A stretch of 64,000 nt of DNA from Eledone cirrhosa. Its lineage: Eukaryota. Location of the stretch: assembly GCA_964016885.1 (NCBI GenBank), contig OZ024742.1, forward strand, positions 290,532,001-290,596,000. The letters run 5' to 3'. Shown here one piece after another: positions 38,673 through 51,461 of the stretch (position 1 is its first letter; the number at the start of each line of letters is the position of its first letter). Under the pieces are notes generated by a model that was not told the DNA's origin, did no database searches, and worked only from the letters and a program-made list of their open reading frames with translations. Both the position numbers and the translations under genes were made by a program.

Positions 38673-38935
38673 CGACTGCATATGGTAAAGGTGTATACTT
38701 TGCCAGAGATATAACATATTCTGCAAGCAACACCTATTCCACTCCTGACTTAAACCAAGAAAAAAGAATATACAAATGTGATGTTCTTGTCGGCAAATGT
38801 ATGCAAGGAAATAGTCAATTAACTGTGTTAGAGGACTCCACTAATAGTGCTGTGGATAATTTACATTCTCCGACAATATATGTTATATTCCATGACTGCC
38901 AAGCTTATCCTCGTTACTTAATAACATACACTTGA
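38673..38935 (+). CDS. PARP14: PARP14-like terminal coding exon, catalytic domain
   Basis: ttttAG acceptor; (A)[22 protein letters not shown]...VLVG...[27 protein letters not shown] then TGA. Confidence 0.93.
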
Positions 38936-38963
38936 AGAAATCATCACATTTTGCTCTTGTAAT

Positions 38964-38982
38964 AATAAAACTATTCAATAAA
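38964..38982 (+). terminator. Candidate polyadenylation signals of the PARP gene
   Basis: Two AATAAA hexamers (38964, 38977) about 30-45 nt after the stop codon. The AT-rich background weakens this. Confidence 0.4.
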
Positions 38983-39062
38983 ATATTATGTTTGTATCAA
39001 TCACATCGAATTTCTTCTCTTTTCTATTGTTTAACCCCTTTACTGCTACAAAGCTGAACAGA

Positions 39063-39350
39063 CAAAAACACTACATGGTTGATAAAGACTTGATCACATG
39101 GCGAAGAACACTACATGGTAGATATATCAGCCTTGATAACATGGTCAAAAACACTACATGGTTCATATAAAACACTACATGGTTGATATATAAGACTTGA
39201 TAAAACAGCCCAAAACACTTCATGGTTGATATAATATAGACAACAATACTACGTTTGATATATGAGCCATGATAATCTAGCCAAAAATACTACATGTTTC
39301 ATGTATCAGCCATGATGACCTAGCCAACAACACTATACTTGCTAGTATGA
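39063..39350. repeat. Minisatellite of about 40-43 bp downstream of the PARP stop
   Basis: aaaacactacatggttgatata..agccttgataac.. repeated about 7 times. Confidence 0.8.
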
Positions 39351-39596
39351 ACCTAAAATTGTAAAACTCTTCTTGATAATCTAGCAAACTCCAAACAAAC
39401 AAATAATGTAAACCACATCTCTCAGTTACCAAACATTGTTCTTTAATATCTTCCTGTTGTGTTTTTAGTTTATTTCAATGTTGATAAGTGTGTTTTGACT
39501 CTCCATCTTAATTTTCAAATCCATGCTAGCGTGGAAGATGGACGTTAAACGATGATGATATATATATATATATATATAGACACACATACATACAGA

Positions 39597-39800
39597 GACC
39601 GGACATGCCATCAATCAGATCTACTTGCTGTTATACAATGGGCGGAGAAAAACAATATGCTACTGAACAAGGATAAATTTGAACTAATCTACTTTGGAAG
39701 AACGGATGCACTGAAATAGCTTATTCTCTTCCCTTGGGTGAAACACTCGTGGCATGCAACATCAGAGACCTAGGTTGTACGTAATTGTTGATAACAACCT
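39597..39800 (+). mobile_element. CR1/Jockey-group LINE RT fragment
   Basis: Translates to QSDLLAVIQWAEKNNMLLNKDKFELIYFG...IRDLG. Confidence 0.6.
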
Positions 39801-40640
39801 AGCAGTTTACTTTTATAATATATTAAATTACTTAGAGAAGAGAATTAAACAACAAACCAGTCGTCCAGTTCAATTAAAATATTCCCTTTGTCTTTAAGTG
39901 TGTCTGCTTTAGCCTCCAGAACTTTCGAGTAATTCGTGAAACAATATTGTAGACGATACAAATCAACATTTAACGAAGCCATTTTTACCCGCCAAATCAA
40001 AGGGAAACAACCCAGAATATACCAATTCGTTTTATTTATTTAAACCACCCTACAAAGCTATTAAGTCATGACAGACTAGGAGAGGTATCTAGTACTTTTT
40101 ACAGTTAAGAAAATCCGACCATCTTCCCGTTCCACAGTGGTAAACCCCTTATAGGGGATGCCACATGCAGCGAAACATCCGCTCTCTATATCCCACTTCA
40201 TACCTCACTCTCTCTCACGAGACCAGCAAATTCTCTCCTCTCTATATTCAACTACATACCTCACTCTCTTTCACTCTCTTCAGTCCCCATCTCTCACCAG
40301 GCCAATAAACTCTCACTCCTCTCTATAACCCACAACATACCTCACTCTCTCTCTCACAATTCCCCCTCTCTCATTAGACCACAAATTCTCTTTCCCTCTA
40401 TATCCTACTACAATAATTTGTTACTTTAAAACAACAAATGTTTTCATCTTCTGTAAAGAACGATAAGGTTCTCCATTCCCTCTCCCACCTTTTGAACCCC
40501 GGGTGTGGAGGAGATCTTATTTTTAGTGGTGTGCTTTTGTTGAATTATTTGACAGGAGTTTAAATATGTGGTGGTGGTGTAGAGGATGATGGTGGTGGTA
40601 GTATGGTGTTGGTGGTGATTGTTTATTTTGAATATATCTA

Positions 40641-40953
40641 TCTATATACTGTTAAAACTGTGATTGCGTGCTTGTCTGTAATTTAAAATAACCAAAACGG
40701 TGCATAATTGGAAAATACTTTGAAAGGTAGTAGACTCTGAAATGTGAATACAAATGGAATAATATAAATTTCACGTAAATTGGAGCACGGTTTCCCAAGA
40801 TACAGGGTTTTTCCAGGTACCTTCATAAAATTAGAGAGAAAGAGATAGTGGTTGTGAGAGTGTAGATTCAAAGAGAGAGGTGGTGGTGTTGTTGAATGAA
40901 AATATAACAGGTGACTTCAAATAATAGAATACAGCATTACTGTATCCAGCTAA
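40641..40953 (+). mobile_element. Possible short non-autonomous Helitron
   Basis: A|TCTATATACTGTTAAAAC start; atacag-catta-ctgtat hairpin followed by ccagCTAA. Confidence 0.35.
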
Positions 40954-41339
40954 AGTTTGGTGACTGAATATTAAATCATATGTATAATATAACTTGTGTT
41001 AGGACAAGTGGTGTGTAGCAAATATTTCCTGGTAAGTAGGAAGGGTTTTTAAGTTTGTGTGTGTATGTCTATATATATATTTATATGTGTGAGTATGTAT
41101 ATATATATTTATCTATATATAATATAAAAGGGAGATGTTATTGGTTGGTTGGTTGAACCACACGTAAACTATACACACACATCTAAAGAGAGAGACACAG
41201 AGGGAGAGGCAGAGAGAGAGAGATAGGCCGTTATACAGAGAGAGAAAGATGTCCCACAAAAGTCTAGAATCAGCTTAAACTAAATCAAAGTATCAGTTGA
41301 AGGTTTAACTTTATTGCGTTAACTTTTATAAACTCATTT

Positions 41340-41830
41340 TACACCAGTCTTCGAGATATTAAAAGCCTTAAATAGAGAATGTGTTCTCTGGCTGACTCAT
41401 GTGTGCCGGGTGGCCTGGATATCTGGAATGGCACCTAAGCAATGGCAATCGGGAGGGATAATCCCAATTTTCAAAAAGGGAGACGAGATATTGCTCCATT
41501 TATAGAGTGATCTTGTTAGCCTCCCCAATAAAGTCTATGCTAAGTGTTTGGCAAAGAGATGTGGGGTGGTTGTTGAGTCCAAACCACTTGATAGGTTTGA
41601 TGCTGAGTGCTACATAGCTGAAATGAAAGTCAGTGCTGCAAAGACTCAGACACTTGCCCTTTCAAGGAAGCCAATGCAGTGTACTCTACGTGTGAATGGA
41701 GTTCCACTGAAGCAGTGGAAAAGTTCAAGTATAACGGGGCCGTGTTTAAGAGTGATAAAAGGTAGAAAGCTGTGTCAAGTTGATAAATTGTAGATGGTGC
41801 AGTAATGTGCCAGCTTCAGTATTCTCCCTG
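41340..41830 (+). mobile_element. RTE LINE fragment, second family (Expander/Rex3-like, no PHD)
   Basis: EILKALNRECVLWLTHVC..APKQWQSGGIIPIFKKGD..LPNKVYAKCL; MKVSAAKTQTLALSRKPMQCTLRVNGVPLKQ. Confidence 0.75.
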
Positions 41831-42499
41831 TAGGGGACTTCTGGTGTCCTTGGCCTCGGCCAACTCCCCACACTACAAACGTATAAACCGTAAACATTAA
41901 ATCTATAGACCTATTAATACCAATCATTAGACATATAGACCTATAAACCCTGAACATCAAACATATAGATATCCCCCCTCCCCCGTGTCCCAGACCAGAC
42001 ATTAGATATGGCATTTATCAATCTGGTCATTCCGTATTTCATAAAACCGTGTCAGTGCATATATAAATCAATACTACATTTTGTCTTTTTTTGGTCATTA
42101 AAAACACAACACATACACGCATACATACATACATGATGGCTGCCCCCTCGTTATCGGATATGCCATTGCACGATAAAAAAAAATACACATATACATATGC
42201 ATACATACACACACACACATCATACATATACATTAATAATTAACCGTGCTGCGATCGAATATGGCTTTTTAGCCCAGCCAATGATGTAAAATGTCTTGCA
42301 CAGAATTGGCAACCAAAATAAAAACATTAACTGGCAATAGCCGGCTGTGGCTGGTCGTCATGTACTTTTGGATGTCGTTTGAACCCTCCTGCTGATCTAC
42401 ACTCTCTACCACATGCTTGACAGGTATGATGAGTAGCATCTCCGACAGCAGCCTGGTAGTCAACCATGTACATGTTATGTTTATCTCATATCAAAGTTT

Positions 42500-43690
42500 T
42501 TTATATCTTGGTTGATATTTGATAACAGCTAAACTAATCGCTACAACTAAATCAACACCAACATTTGGAATACTCAATTGGATGATAGACGAAATCTGAG
42601 CAATTGATGTTAAAACTCGAAAAATCCTAAACAACACCGGAAACTTCTACATCAACAGTGACATAGACCGTCTCTACTTGAAACATAAGCAGGGAAGCAG
42701 AGGGCTAACATCAGTCCAGACAGCATTTGAATGTTGCATCATATCCCTCCGACAACATTTACGAACTTCCAAATGTAGGTGCCCATCTACTGAGCAAGTC
42801 TGTCTGCATGAGGCAGATAAGATCATGAGAGTTGGGAAGGAACTCCTTGAAAGAAACTCCCTGCATGATAATCAAAAGCTCACACCCAGGGAAAATGCCC
42901 AGCAATACCGCAGCGAATCCATGGATGAAAAACTACATGCTTATCAACAGACTCTGCAGAATTAACATCGAAGATGTCACCCATGTCATAAGCAGCTGTC
43001 TAAAGATGTCATCACGGTACTACTTACCTATTTAGCACGATGTAGTGGCCAACACACTGTACAATGCAATCCATAGAAAAGTTAGCCCCAACAATAAACA
43101 CATTAAAAGTTACAACAATGTGGAAGACATATACATACATAATATGAAAGAGTAATGGTGGAATGTTCCAGTCAAAACCCCAATAAAATGCAAACATAAC
43201 AGACCAGATATAATGATATAGGACAGGGAAAAGAAGACATGCACAGTAGTGGAAGTTAGCTGCCCAGCAGATGCCAATATAATATTAAAAATCAGCAGGA
43301 CTAATGAGGAATCTGCAGATACTCCACCCTGACTATACATTCAGATTTATACCTGTGATTATTGGGGCACTAGGATATGTTAGTATCTGCCTCAGTACAA
43401 ATCTTGAGAAGCTGGGTTTCACGGAAACAGAAAGAACACGACTAGTTAGGAAATTACAAGTACAATCAAATATTACATAGATTCTGCATCTAATAACTGC
43501 ATATATACATGTACAGATACAAAGCATATGCACATGCACACATAACGCAAAAAATCCACATCCACACATATATTAACATCGATGCATGCAGACATGCATA
43601 TATATCTACCTAGTTGATGTTGTTTAAATTCCAATGAGAGAGTCTTGTATCTATGTTAGAAACCGACTCTTTCTTTATTGGTAAAAATTT
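42500..43690 (+). mobile_element. R4/Dong-like LINE 3' fragment with restriction-like endonuclease
   Basis: SDIDRLYLKHKQGSRGL, IEDVTHVISSC, HDVVA, HNRPDI, VVEVSCP, PVIIGALG remnants. Confidence 0.75.
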
Positions 43691-43734
43691 TCAAAATTAT
43701 AAAACCAGATCATACATACATACATAACTGCCAG

Positions 43735-46450
43735 ATATCTGAAGGTCACGTGGTCCAAAGGTGTGGAAGAAAAACTTAATATTTTGTTATATGTTTCAGC
43801 TATCACATTGCTATTCTATCATAAATATCTAAAACCACGCAACCAAGATACAAACAGAAAGCCTGAACCAGCATGGATGCGTAATTTCAAAAACAAAATT
43901 TTGTCCCTGAGACAAAGTATTTCACAGATGACTGTAATTATAAAATGTAACAGAGTACAACTTCACACGACATCAGGAAGATGTAAGAAAAATACTAGAG
44001 AGGCGATTTGGAGTTTCCAATACCAGTTGAAACAACAACTCACAACTGCAGCAGAAAGATTAAAATATGTCAACAGCACATAAACGGCAAGTGCTAAATA
44101 GATTATTTGCCAGAGATCCTAAATCAGTTTATTGCAGCTTCAATGGGAAAAGCTCAATCTCTGTAAATGACACCCCTACAAAAGAACAGGTTGTGAGCTA
44201 CTGGGGATCTGTATGGGAAACGAATGACGGATTTAACAAACAAACTAAATGGCTAAAAGAACTGGAACAGGAATACTGCCAGCATGTCCAGACAAAACAA
44301 TATGACATAGTTGGGTCAATACTGGACAAAGCTCTACAGAAAATGTTGAAGAGGAAATTACCAGGCCCAGACCTCATAACAGGATACTGGCTGAAGGATC
44401 TCACCTTCTACCAGCAAGATCTCATATGGCTATTTAGAGAAAGCATGAAAGGCACACAAGAACTAGTCCAATGGTTATCAACTGCCACTACTCTCCTCAT
44501 ACCCCCAAAATAGCCAAACCACCCTTGCTAAAAATTACCACCCAATAGCCTGCCAGAACATCATGTATTATAAATTATACACTGGGTCATTGTGCCACCA
44601 ACAACATTACCTGAGCAAGCTGGTGGAGAGAAGGAGGTGTGGGGCTGCAGAGATCCCCTACTAACAATAAAATGACACAGGAAAAAACAGCAAAGAATCG
44701 CAGGAACATGATTGGTGTGTCTGGACTATGAGAAGGATTTTGATAGTGCATCTCATGGGTGAATTATTAAGGCTTTACAGTTAGACAAAGTCGTACAACT
44801 GGTCAGTTGAACAACTGACCAAGAACTGGTACACCAATTTGATCCTTAGGGGTGAATATGAGCAAATTAATACACAACCAGAAAGGCATCTTTCAGGGTG
44901 ATAGCTTATCAGTGCTGCTCTTCGTCCTCTCACTAAACCCACTATCATACCTGCTCACAAAAGAAAGTGGTCATAGAAGTGCACCCAGCAGTATCTCCCT
45001 TCTTTTCTTTGTTGATGACCTGAAGTTGTATGGGCCATACAACTATATCAAAAAACAATTGGAGCTCATTACACAATTTTCTGCAGACATCAGAATGAAA
45101 TTTGGTGAGTCCGAATGTGCATATTTGACAGTAAAACATGGAAGGGTTGTACCCTCCTCTGGAATTCTAGAGATGAACGGCTTGACAATACAACCTCTAC
45201 AGTCAGGTGACAACTACAGATATCTTGGACAGGATGAGAATGTCAGATATGATGGACCCATAAATAAGGAGAGAACCAGAACTGAATAGCTCAGGGGAGT
45301 AAAGAAGATATGGTCATCAGAACTATCAACGTACAACAAATACATTGCTGACAATACTTATGCTGGAGATGGAGGTAAGCACTCGCAAGCTTCTCAGTGT
45401 TACTGGAAACTTTAACATCAAAGGTGATGTGGATAGGCTATACTTCTCATGCAAGGAAGGTGGCCGGGGTCTAAAATCCATATGAACATCATACGAGACA
45501 CTGAAGCAACATCTTCAACAGAAGAAAAAGGCCAGCAACCATCTTGCTCAGGTTTATGAGCATGAAGGAAATGATATCATTAGGATAGCCACTGACCTGG
45601 AAGAGAGATATGGAATAAGGCCTGATATAAATCTCTCTCACAGAGAGATTGGAAGATCCTATTCAATGTTCAAACAAGATTAAAAAAATGGACCAATTTA
45701 CAGAGAAAGTTTTGCATGGGTACCTGAGACGAAAAACTCAGACCATAGAGGGGATAAATCATTCAAAAAGCCTGGCATGGAGTTCCGACAAGTTTATGAC
45801 ATCCCACCTTGAATACAAGAACAAGAAATCCCTCCCAAATGTCTGCTACACAAAAGAGGAGGGCCATCAGTCGACAATACATGTAGGCTATGTAAATCAA
45901 AGATCGAAGACGTTAGCCATCTACGAAAGAATGTCGTCTTGCTACTACCTGCCTATGAGACACGATGTGATAGCTAGAACCATCTGGAATGCACTTAGGA
46001 AAACAAAATTAAAAACAAATGAGGAGCAATATACTGAGATAGATGGCACTAAAGAATACTGGTGGAACCTGAAAATAAAAGCTGCCACCAAATTAAAGCA
46101 CAAACTGCCAGCCTGATATTGTTGTTTGGGACCACACATTGAAAGCGTGCTCTGTTGTAGATATCAGCTGCCTACTTGATGTCAACGTCGTAAGAAAAAT
46201 ACAAGAGAAGGACGACATCTATGGACGATTGATAAGAAGTTCGCAGATCCAGTGTTCAAGATACACCTTCAGCTTCAAACCCATTATTATTGGAACTACA
46301 GGTTATATACCTGTAGCAAGCAATAGTTGGCACCTTCAAAATTTGCAAAACATTCTTCGCTATTCAAGGGTTGACAATTTCTTTTCTTTTACAACCTTAC
46401 CACCAGGAAGGTGGTCGGTCAAAATATACTCGAAATTAAAAGAAACATAC
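43735..46450 (+). mobile_element. R4/Dong-like LINE, decayed
   Basis: PGPDLITGYWLK, GIFQGDSLSVLLFVLSLNPLS, FVDDLKLY, YRYLG, RHDVIA, VVDISC, PIIIGTTG. Confidence 0.85.
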
Positions 46451-47154
46451 ATACATATGTAGGTATGTAGCAAAATCGTATCTGTATGTGTGGGTGGCTA
46501 TTATTTTTTTTTCATCCTTACCTGGTCGATAAAATAAAGTACCAGTAATGCACTAGGTAATTTCTGGCCTTGTGCCTAAAGTAGAAACAATTATTTCTTT
46601 TTATCTGGTCTATAGTAAATGATTACGTACCTTAATCACGAAATTTCATGCTACGTGGAAACAGTAGTTGGAGGAGGCATTTCTAGGAAAACACTGCAGT
46701 CGACATACATACGTACATACACACGTTTTTTTCAAACCAATCAACAGGAACTTCATATTGACACATTGTATTCGCAAAAAATATTTAAGTTTCAGTTTTG
46801 TCGTAGTTTTGGCGAGGTAAGTAAAGGTCTTTATAATCTCTCTATTAATATCAATTACCCTATATACTCATACTTTTGTGGTGATAAGACTCCCCCCTGA
46901 GTGCTGGACAGCAGAAGGTCTTCAGAGAATAAACCCTCTCATTCATGTCATATATTATTCTAAAAAATATATAAACAAAATGTATATCTCATGTAAAAGT
47001 ATTTTTGCTTTTTTCATTCTCAGCGATGTACTTGTCTTGAAAGGTTTTTGATATGAAATCGTGTGTTGAAACAGATATTGTTATATTTGGAGAGGGTTAT
47101 GCTCCTATAATATTGCTAGAAATATATAATAAACTGAGTGATTTACTTTGCCTT

Positions 47155-47335
47155 CTGGCTAGCAGTATCGGTAGAGGGTCGGATGCCATGCTTTGACGCA
47201 AAAAGTTACGGTCTTTGCCATTCTGAGATCAAATTTCACTGAGGTTAACTTTGCCTTTCATCCTTACGGGTCGATAAAATAAAGTACCACTAGTAAATTG
47301 CTGGTCTTGTGCCAAAAGTAGAAACAATTATTATA
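47155..47335 (+). mobile_element. tRNA-derived SINE
   Basis: Same family as the 35276 copy. Confidence 0.8.
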
Positions 47336-48334
47336 ACAACGTGACCCTCCCCAAGTATAACAATATTTTTATTCACAGTTGTATAAATAACATTACAAAT
47401 TGTTCACAATTTCAGGATGGAAACATAAATATAAACACATATAATAAATACAATTAACTATTGCTATGAACCTTACAAATACAACTCATCAAAATATACG
47501 ATGAAAGCGAGAGAAAAAAGGAAAACAAAAACGACCAGCAAGTGCGACAATCGGCCGCACATCACAAGTGCCAAAGAAAATGTTTTTTACTTCCCAGTTC
47601 TTCGGGGACAACATCATTTGTGATTCCTAATATTATCCCGGACATAAATATAAAAAATAAAAAAAACTATCTTTTATTATATCGAAATAAACGGTGTTCA
47701 TGAAATTACATTTTCCTACGAAGTAATATACTGAAAAGTGTTTTGGTGTATAGAAACATCGACATAAGTAATTCATTGTTTCGTTTTTTTCGATCATGAA
47801 AGTTTTTATTAAGTTTTAAATATATACGTAAATAACATTACAAATTGTTTGCAATTCTTTTCGAATGAAAATATAAACACAAATAACAAATACAATTAAC
47901 TATTACTAGGAACCTTACAAATACAACGCACCAAAATATATGACCAGAGCGAGAGGAAAAAAAAAGGAAAACAAAATCTAAAACAACCATCAATTCACAA
48001 TCAATCGGCCTTTTATTCATTTAGGCTTCTACTTCCTGATACGATGTTAGATTGTGGTATGAAATTCAACCCCGTGAAAGTACTATCCATGTAGTGGTCT
48101 AAAAACTTTCGACTTTTACATTACGTTTATTTTTAACTATCACTACCACTTTATAGGCGTTACAAAAAAATCTCTCGAATTCAAGTCCACCTAGGATTCA
48201 CTATTTCAGTGGGACTGGTAACTTACGTACCAGTTATTTACTTTGGTCGATTTAAAGAACTATATTTAACTGTCTTTATTATCAATATATTAGGGGTAGC
48301 TACTTTGGTGTCTGAAACAATGTTGGCTTTTTTC

Positions 48335-48393
48335 TTTCATTTCCGTGTTCTGAAAGTGAAATTATTTTTCAAAGAAAAATCACTTTCATTTTC
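48335..48393. promoter_or_regulatory. Cluster of three IRF-E/ISRE-type motifs plus one GAS-type motif
   Basis: GGAAATGAAA (-, 48335-48344), GAAAGTGAAA (+, 48352-48361), TTCAAAGAA (48368-48376), GAAAATGAAAGT (-, 48382-48393). Confidence 0.45.
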
Positions 48394-48549
48394 ACTACAA
48401 CGCTATTAGTTGTGTAGCGAGAGTGCTGGGTTGTATGAATGTAACAAGGAATACATTGTTTGTGTGTATAATATTTAATTAACAATGGTAGATAGTATAG
48501 TTATCATGTCAAAGAAATAGATGATAGAATGAAACAAAGTTAGTCGTTA

Positions 48550-48802
48550 CCGTTTTGATTGGCTGGCAGAAGACGCCTGGCTAAGGCCAGCCAGGCGCCG
48601 GAAGGCCAAATGAGAGGCAGAGCCAAATGAGAGAGTGAGAACTTAAAGTTGTTAGTTTTATAGGGTTCTGACCGGAAGTTACAGAAAGGGTTCTACTTCC
48701 CGTCTAGATGTTAATCCAAACAAGGGAGACAACCGCTACAGTTGTCAGTCGAAAGCAGCCGATGAAAGCAAAACATCGTTTATTTCCGTATTAATACCAC
48801 GC
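48550..48802 (+). promoter_or_regulatory. Putative promoter and non-coding first exon of a second gene
   Basis: CpG-enriched unique sequence, reverse CCAAT (ATTGG 48558), ETS site ACCGGAAGT (48671), splice donor GC|GTAAGT at 48803. Confidence 0.5.
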
Positions 48803-50399
48803 GTAAGTGGAGTTACTTAAATGAATATTTTTTTCACGCGTTTTTTTTTTATTTTTTTTTATTTTTTATTTTTTATTTTTTATTAAAGCATATAGATGTA
48901 AGTGGAGTTACTTTTCAACTCTCCTCGTCCGACGGGGAGATTTGCAATGGCTTTTGTGAAAATGGGTATAGCTTCCATTATGCAAAATATTCCGATTTTT
49001 TTCATAGTACTCCCCCGTTTGTATTTTTAGAGGATGGTAGGTCTGGAATGAATATATAAACACAAATATATACAAATAATTATTGTTAGGAACCTTATAC
49101 CTGGTCCCGATCTCCTTATCCTCCAATGCTTCCCACTCTATACTGGAAGGCAGGAGGCTGAATTCAGTGCAAACATTTCAGGAGCTGGTGCAGTAATGCG
49201 CCAGCTTGAGCATTCGGTAATCAGAAGGAGGTATGTGTAAAGCCAAACATGCTATCTTCAATTTGGTATTTGTGCCAAACTCTTACCTATGGTCAGCAAT
49301 CTTGGGTAATGACCAAAAGAATACGATCGCGAATACAAGAAACCGAAATGGGATTCCAATGTAGGTTCTTTGGAGTAATTACTCGATAAAGTCTGTAACT
49401 TGGAGACCAGAGAGTCCCTCCAGGTAGAACCGCTACTTCTCCAAATTGAGAGATCACAGCTTCGATACTATTTTAGAATGGGTAGTATTAGTAAACATAT
49501 TTGTGTTACAATTGTATGAAGAATAAGAATAGCAGTATGTTTAACATACTGCTATTCTTATTCTGTTTACTTCATAGAAGTGAATTATTTATACTGTTAT
49601 ATTTATACTGGTTTACTTCATAGAAGTGAATAATGAAACGTACATATATTTTACCATTCATAGTGAGGAGGCTGGAGTCTCCTTAGGCTATTGATGAGTT
49701 GAGGATTTGCTCTGAATTCTGGCGTATTGTTAACGAGACTGCTGCAAAGCGTCAAAGAGAGAGAGTTGATCTTTCAGCCGCTTACTTATAGTGGCCAAGA
49801 GGACGTAACACCTTTTACCTCCTGTAGGTGACACCAGGGATCACTACCGTCACAAAGGGACGCAACTCTTATTTTAGTTCTGATGCCCCCCCCCCCCCCC
49901 CCCCGCAAGGGGGTGGGGGCGCTACAGTACCCTCCTCCAGACGATAGGTAACTAGCGAATCCACAAGCATGGGATCCAAGCACAGGCATGAAAGATTAAC
50001 AAAAATTCAAAAAGTACATGCATACATAATTCAATAAAAAAGCAAATAAAAATGCTCCAGTGGCCAGTTCATATAAAATAAAGTTTGGCAGAATTTTGTT
50101 GGGCCAGTGACCAGTTCATATGAAAAAAAGTTTGGCAGAATTTTTTGGGCCAGTGGACTCTTCGGCCGGAATTGGTTGTGGTCTTGTATGTAGGTGAAGG
50201 TGGGGCAGAAGAAGCAGGTGTGTGTGCGAAGGAGAAAGATTTGTGGCTCATGTGTGTGAGTATCTGTGTGGGCCCTCTTAAGTCTATCGATAGAAACCGT
50301 CTCTCTGGAACCCCCAATGTCTACTGTAAATATTTATCAATTTGGGCTAATACACGGTAGGATCCAGAGTACGGCTGTGTGAGAGGAGGTCACACAGCA

Positions 50400-51461
50400 T
50401 CATTCCTCACGAACACATGGGTCCACGAGGCAATATCCCTCGCGACTGAAGTTTTTACAGTTTGTTTCCTCGTGTCCATCAGCGGCAGGTCTTGGAAATA
50501 CGAACGCAGACGGGACATCTTGTGTAGCAAGATCGACAGTGGCAAGCATTTGCCCAGGCAACACTAGAGGAGCACCATACAATAATTCGGCCAGGGAGAA
50601 CCCAAGGTCCACCTTTATTGATGACCGGATTCCCAACAACACAATAGGGAGGTACTTGCTCCAACACGTAGAGTCAGAAGAAATCCGTAGAGCGGCTTTT
50701 AGTTGTCGGTGGAAACACTCCACCATTCCATTAGAAGCAGGATGATACAAAGTTGTTCGGATGCGTTTAGCACCCATGATCTTCGTTAATTCATAGAAGA
50801 GATTCGATTCAAACTGCCTTCCACGGTCCATTGTAATCGTGGTTGGCACTCCAAAGCAGGCAATCCATCCTGATACTAGGGCACGCGCTGTCGTTTCAGC
50901 AGTGATGTCTTTCAAGGGGATGGCTTCAGGCCATCGCGAAAAACGATCAATAACAGTCAATAGATAAGTATGACTACCACTGACTGCCCAAGGTCCCATG
51001 ATGTCCACATGAATGTGTCGGAAACGGGCGTCCGGTGTACTGAAAGTACCGAGCAGAGCCTTAACGTGTTTATGGATTTTTGATTTCTGGCAAGCGATGC
51101 AGGAACAGCACCAAGCATTAATATTGCGCCTCATATTTGGCCAGAAGAATCTGGCTGTTATGAGCTTTACTGTGGCAGAAGATCCTGGGTGGGAAATGCT
51201 GTGTAAAGCAAGAAACACAGTACGACGATGGTTTAGCGGGACGAATGGTCTCGGTGAATCCAAGGAAACGTCGCAGAGAATCTGTCCATCTGCGGTGGGC
51301 AATGGCAGGTATTTCAAATTACGCGTCACAAATTCGGCTGATGTAATATCCAACGATTCCAGTGCAGGTTGGTCTTCTGCCAAGTGATTTAAATCGATGT
51401 CGTGGGATGACGCAATCGAACTGATTGGCAATCGAGACAGGGCGTTAGCCGCTGTGTTCAA
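50400..51461 (-). pseudogene. Gypsy integrase
   Basis: HSISHPG..CIACQ zinc finger, [37 protein letters not shown]. Confidence 0.93.

Larger units (their letters stand above)
12403..38935 (+). other. PARP14: Spliced PARP14/PARP15-like (macro-PARP family) gene, 3' portion; CDS join(12403..12584,18633..18993 or 18996,27092..27225,29745..29922,38673..38935)
   Basis: Five exons with AG/GT boundaries and matching intron phases (0,1,0,1). The joined protein reads ...VQWYYY..WWE domain..VPDTWSPM...[57 protein letters not shown], the C-terminal layout of PARP14. Exact orthology is not established. Confidence 0.9.
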
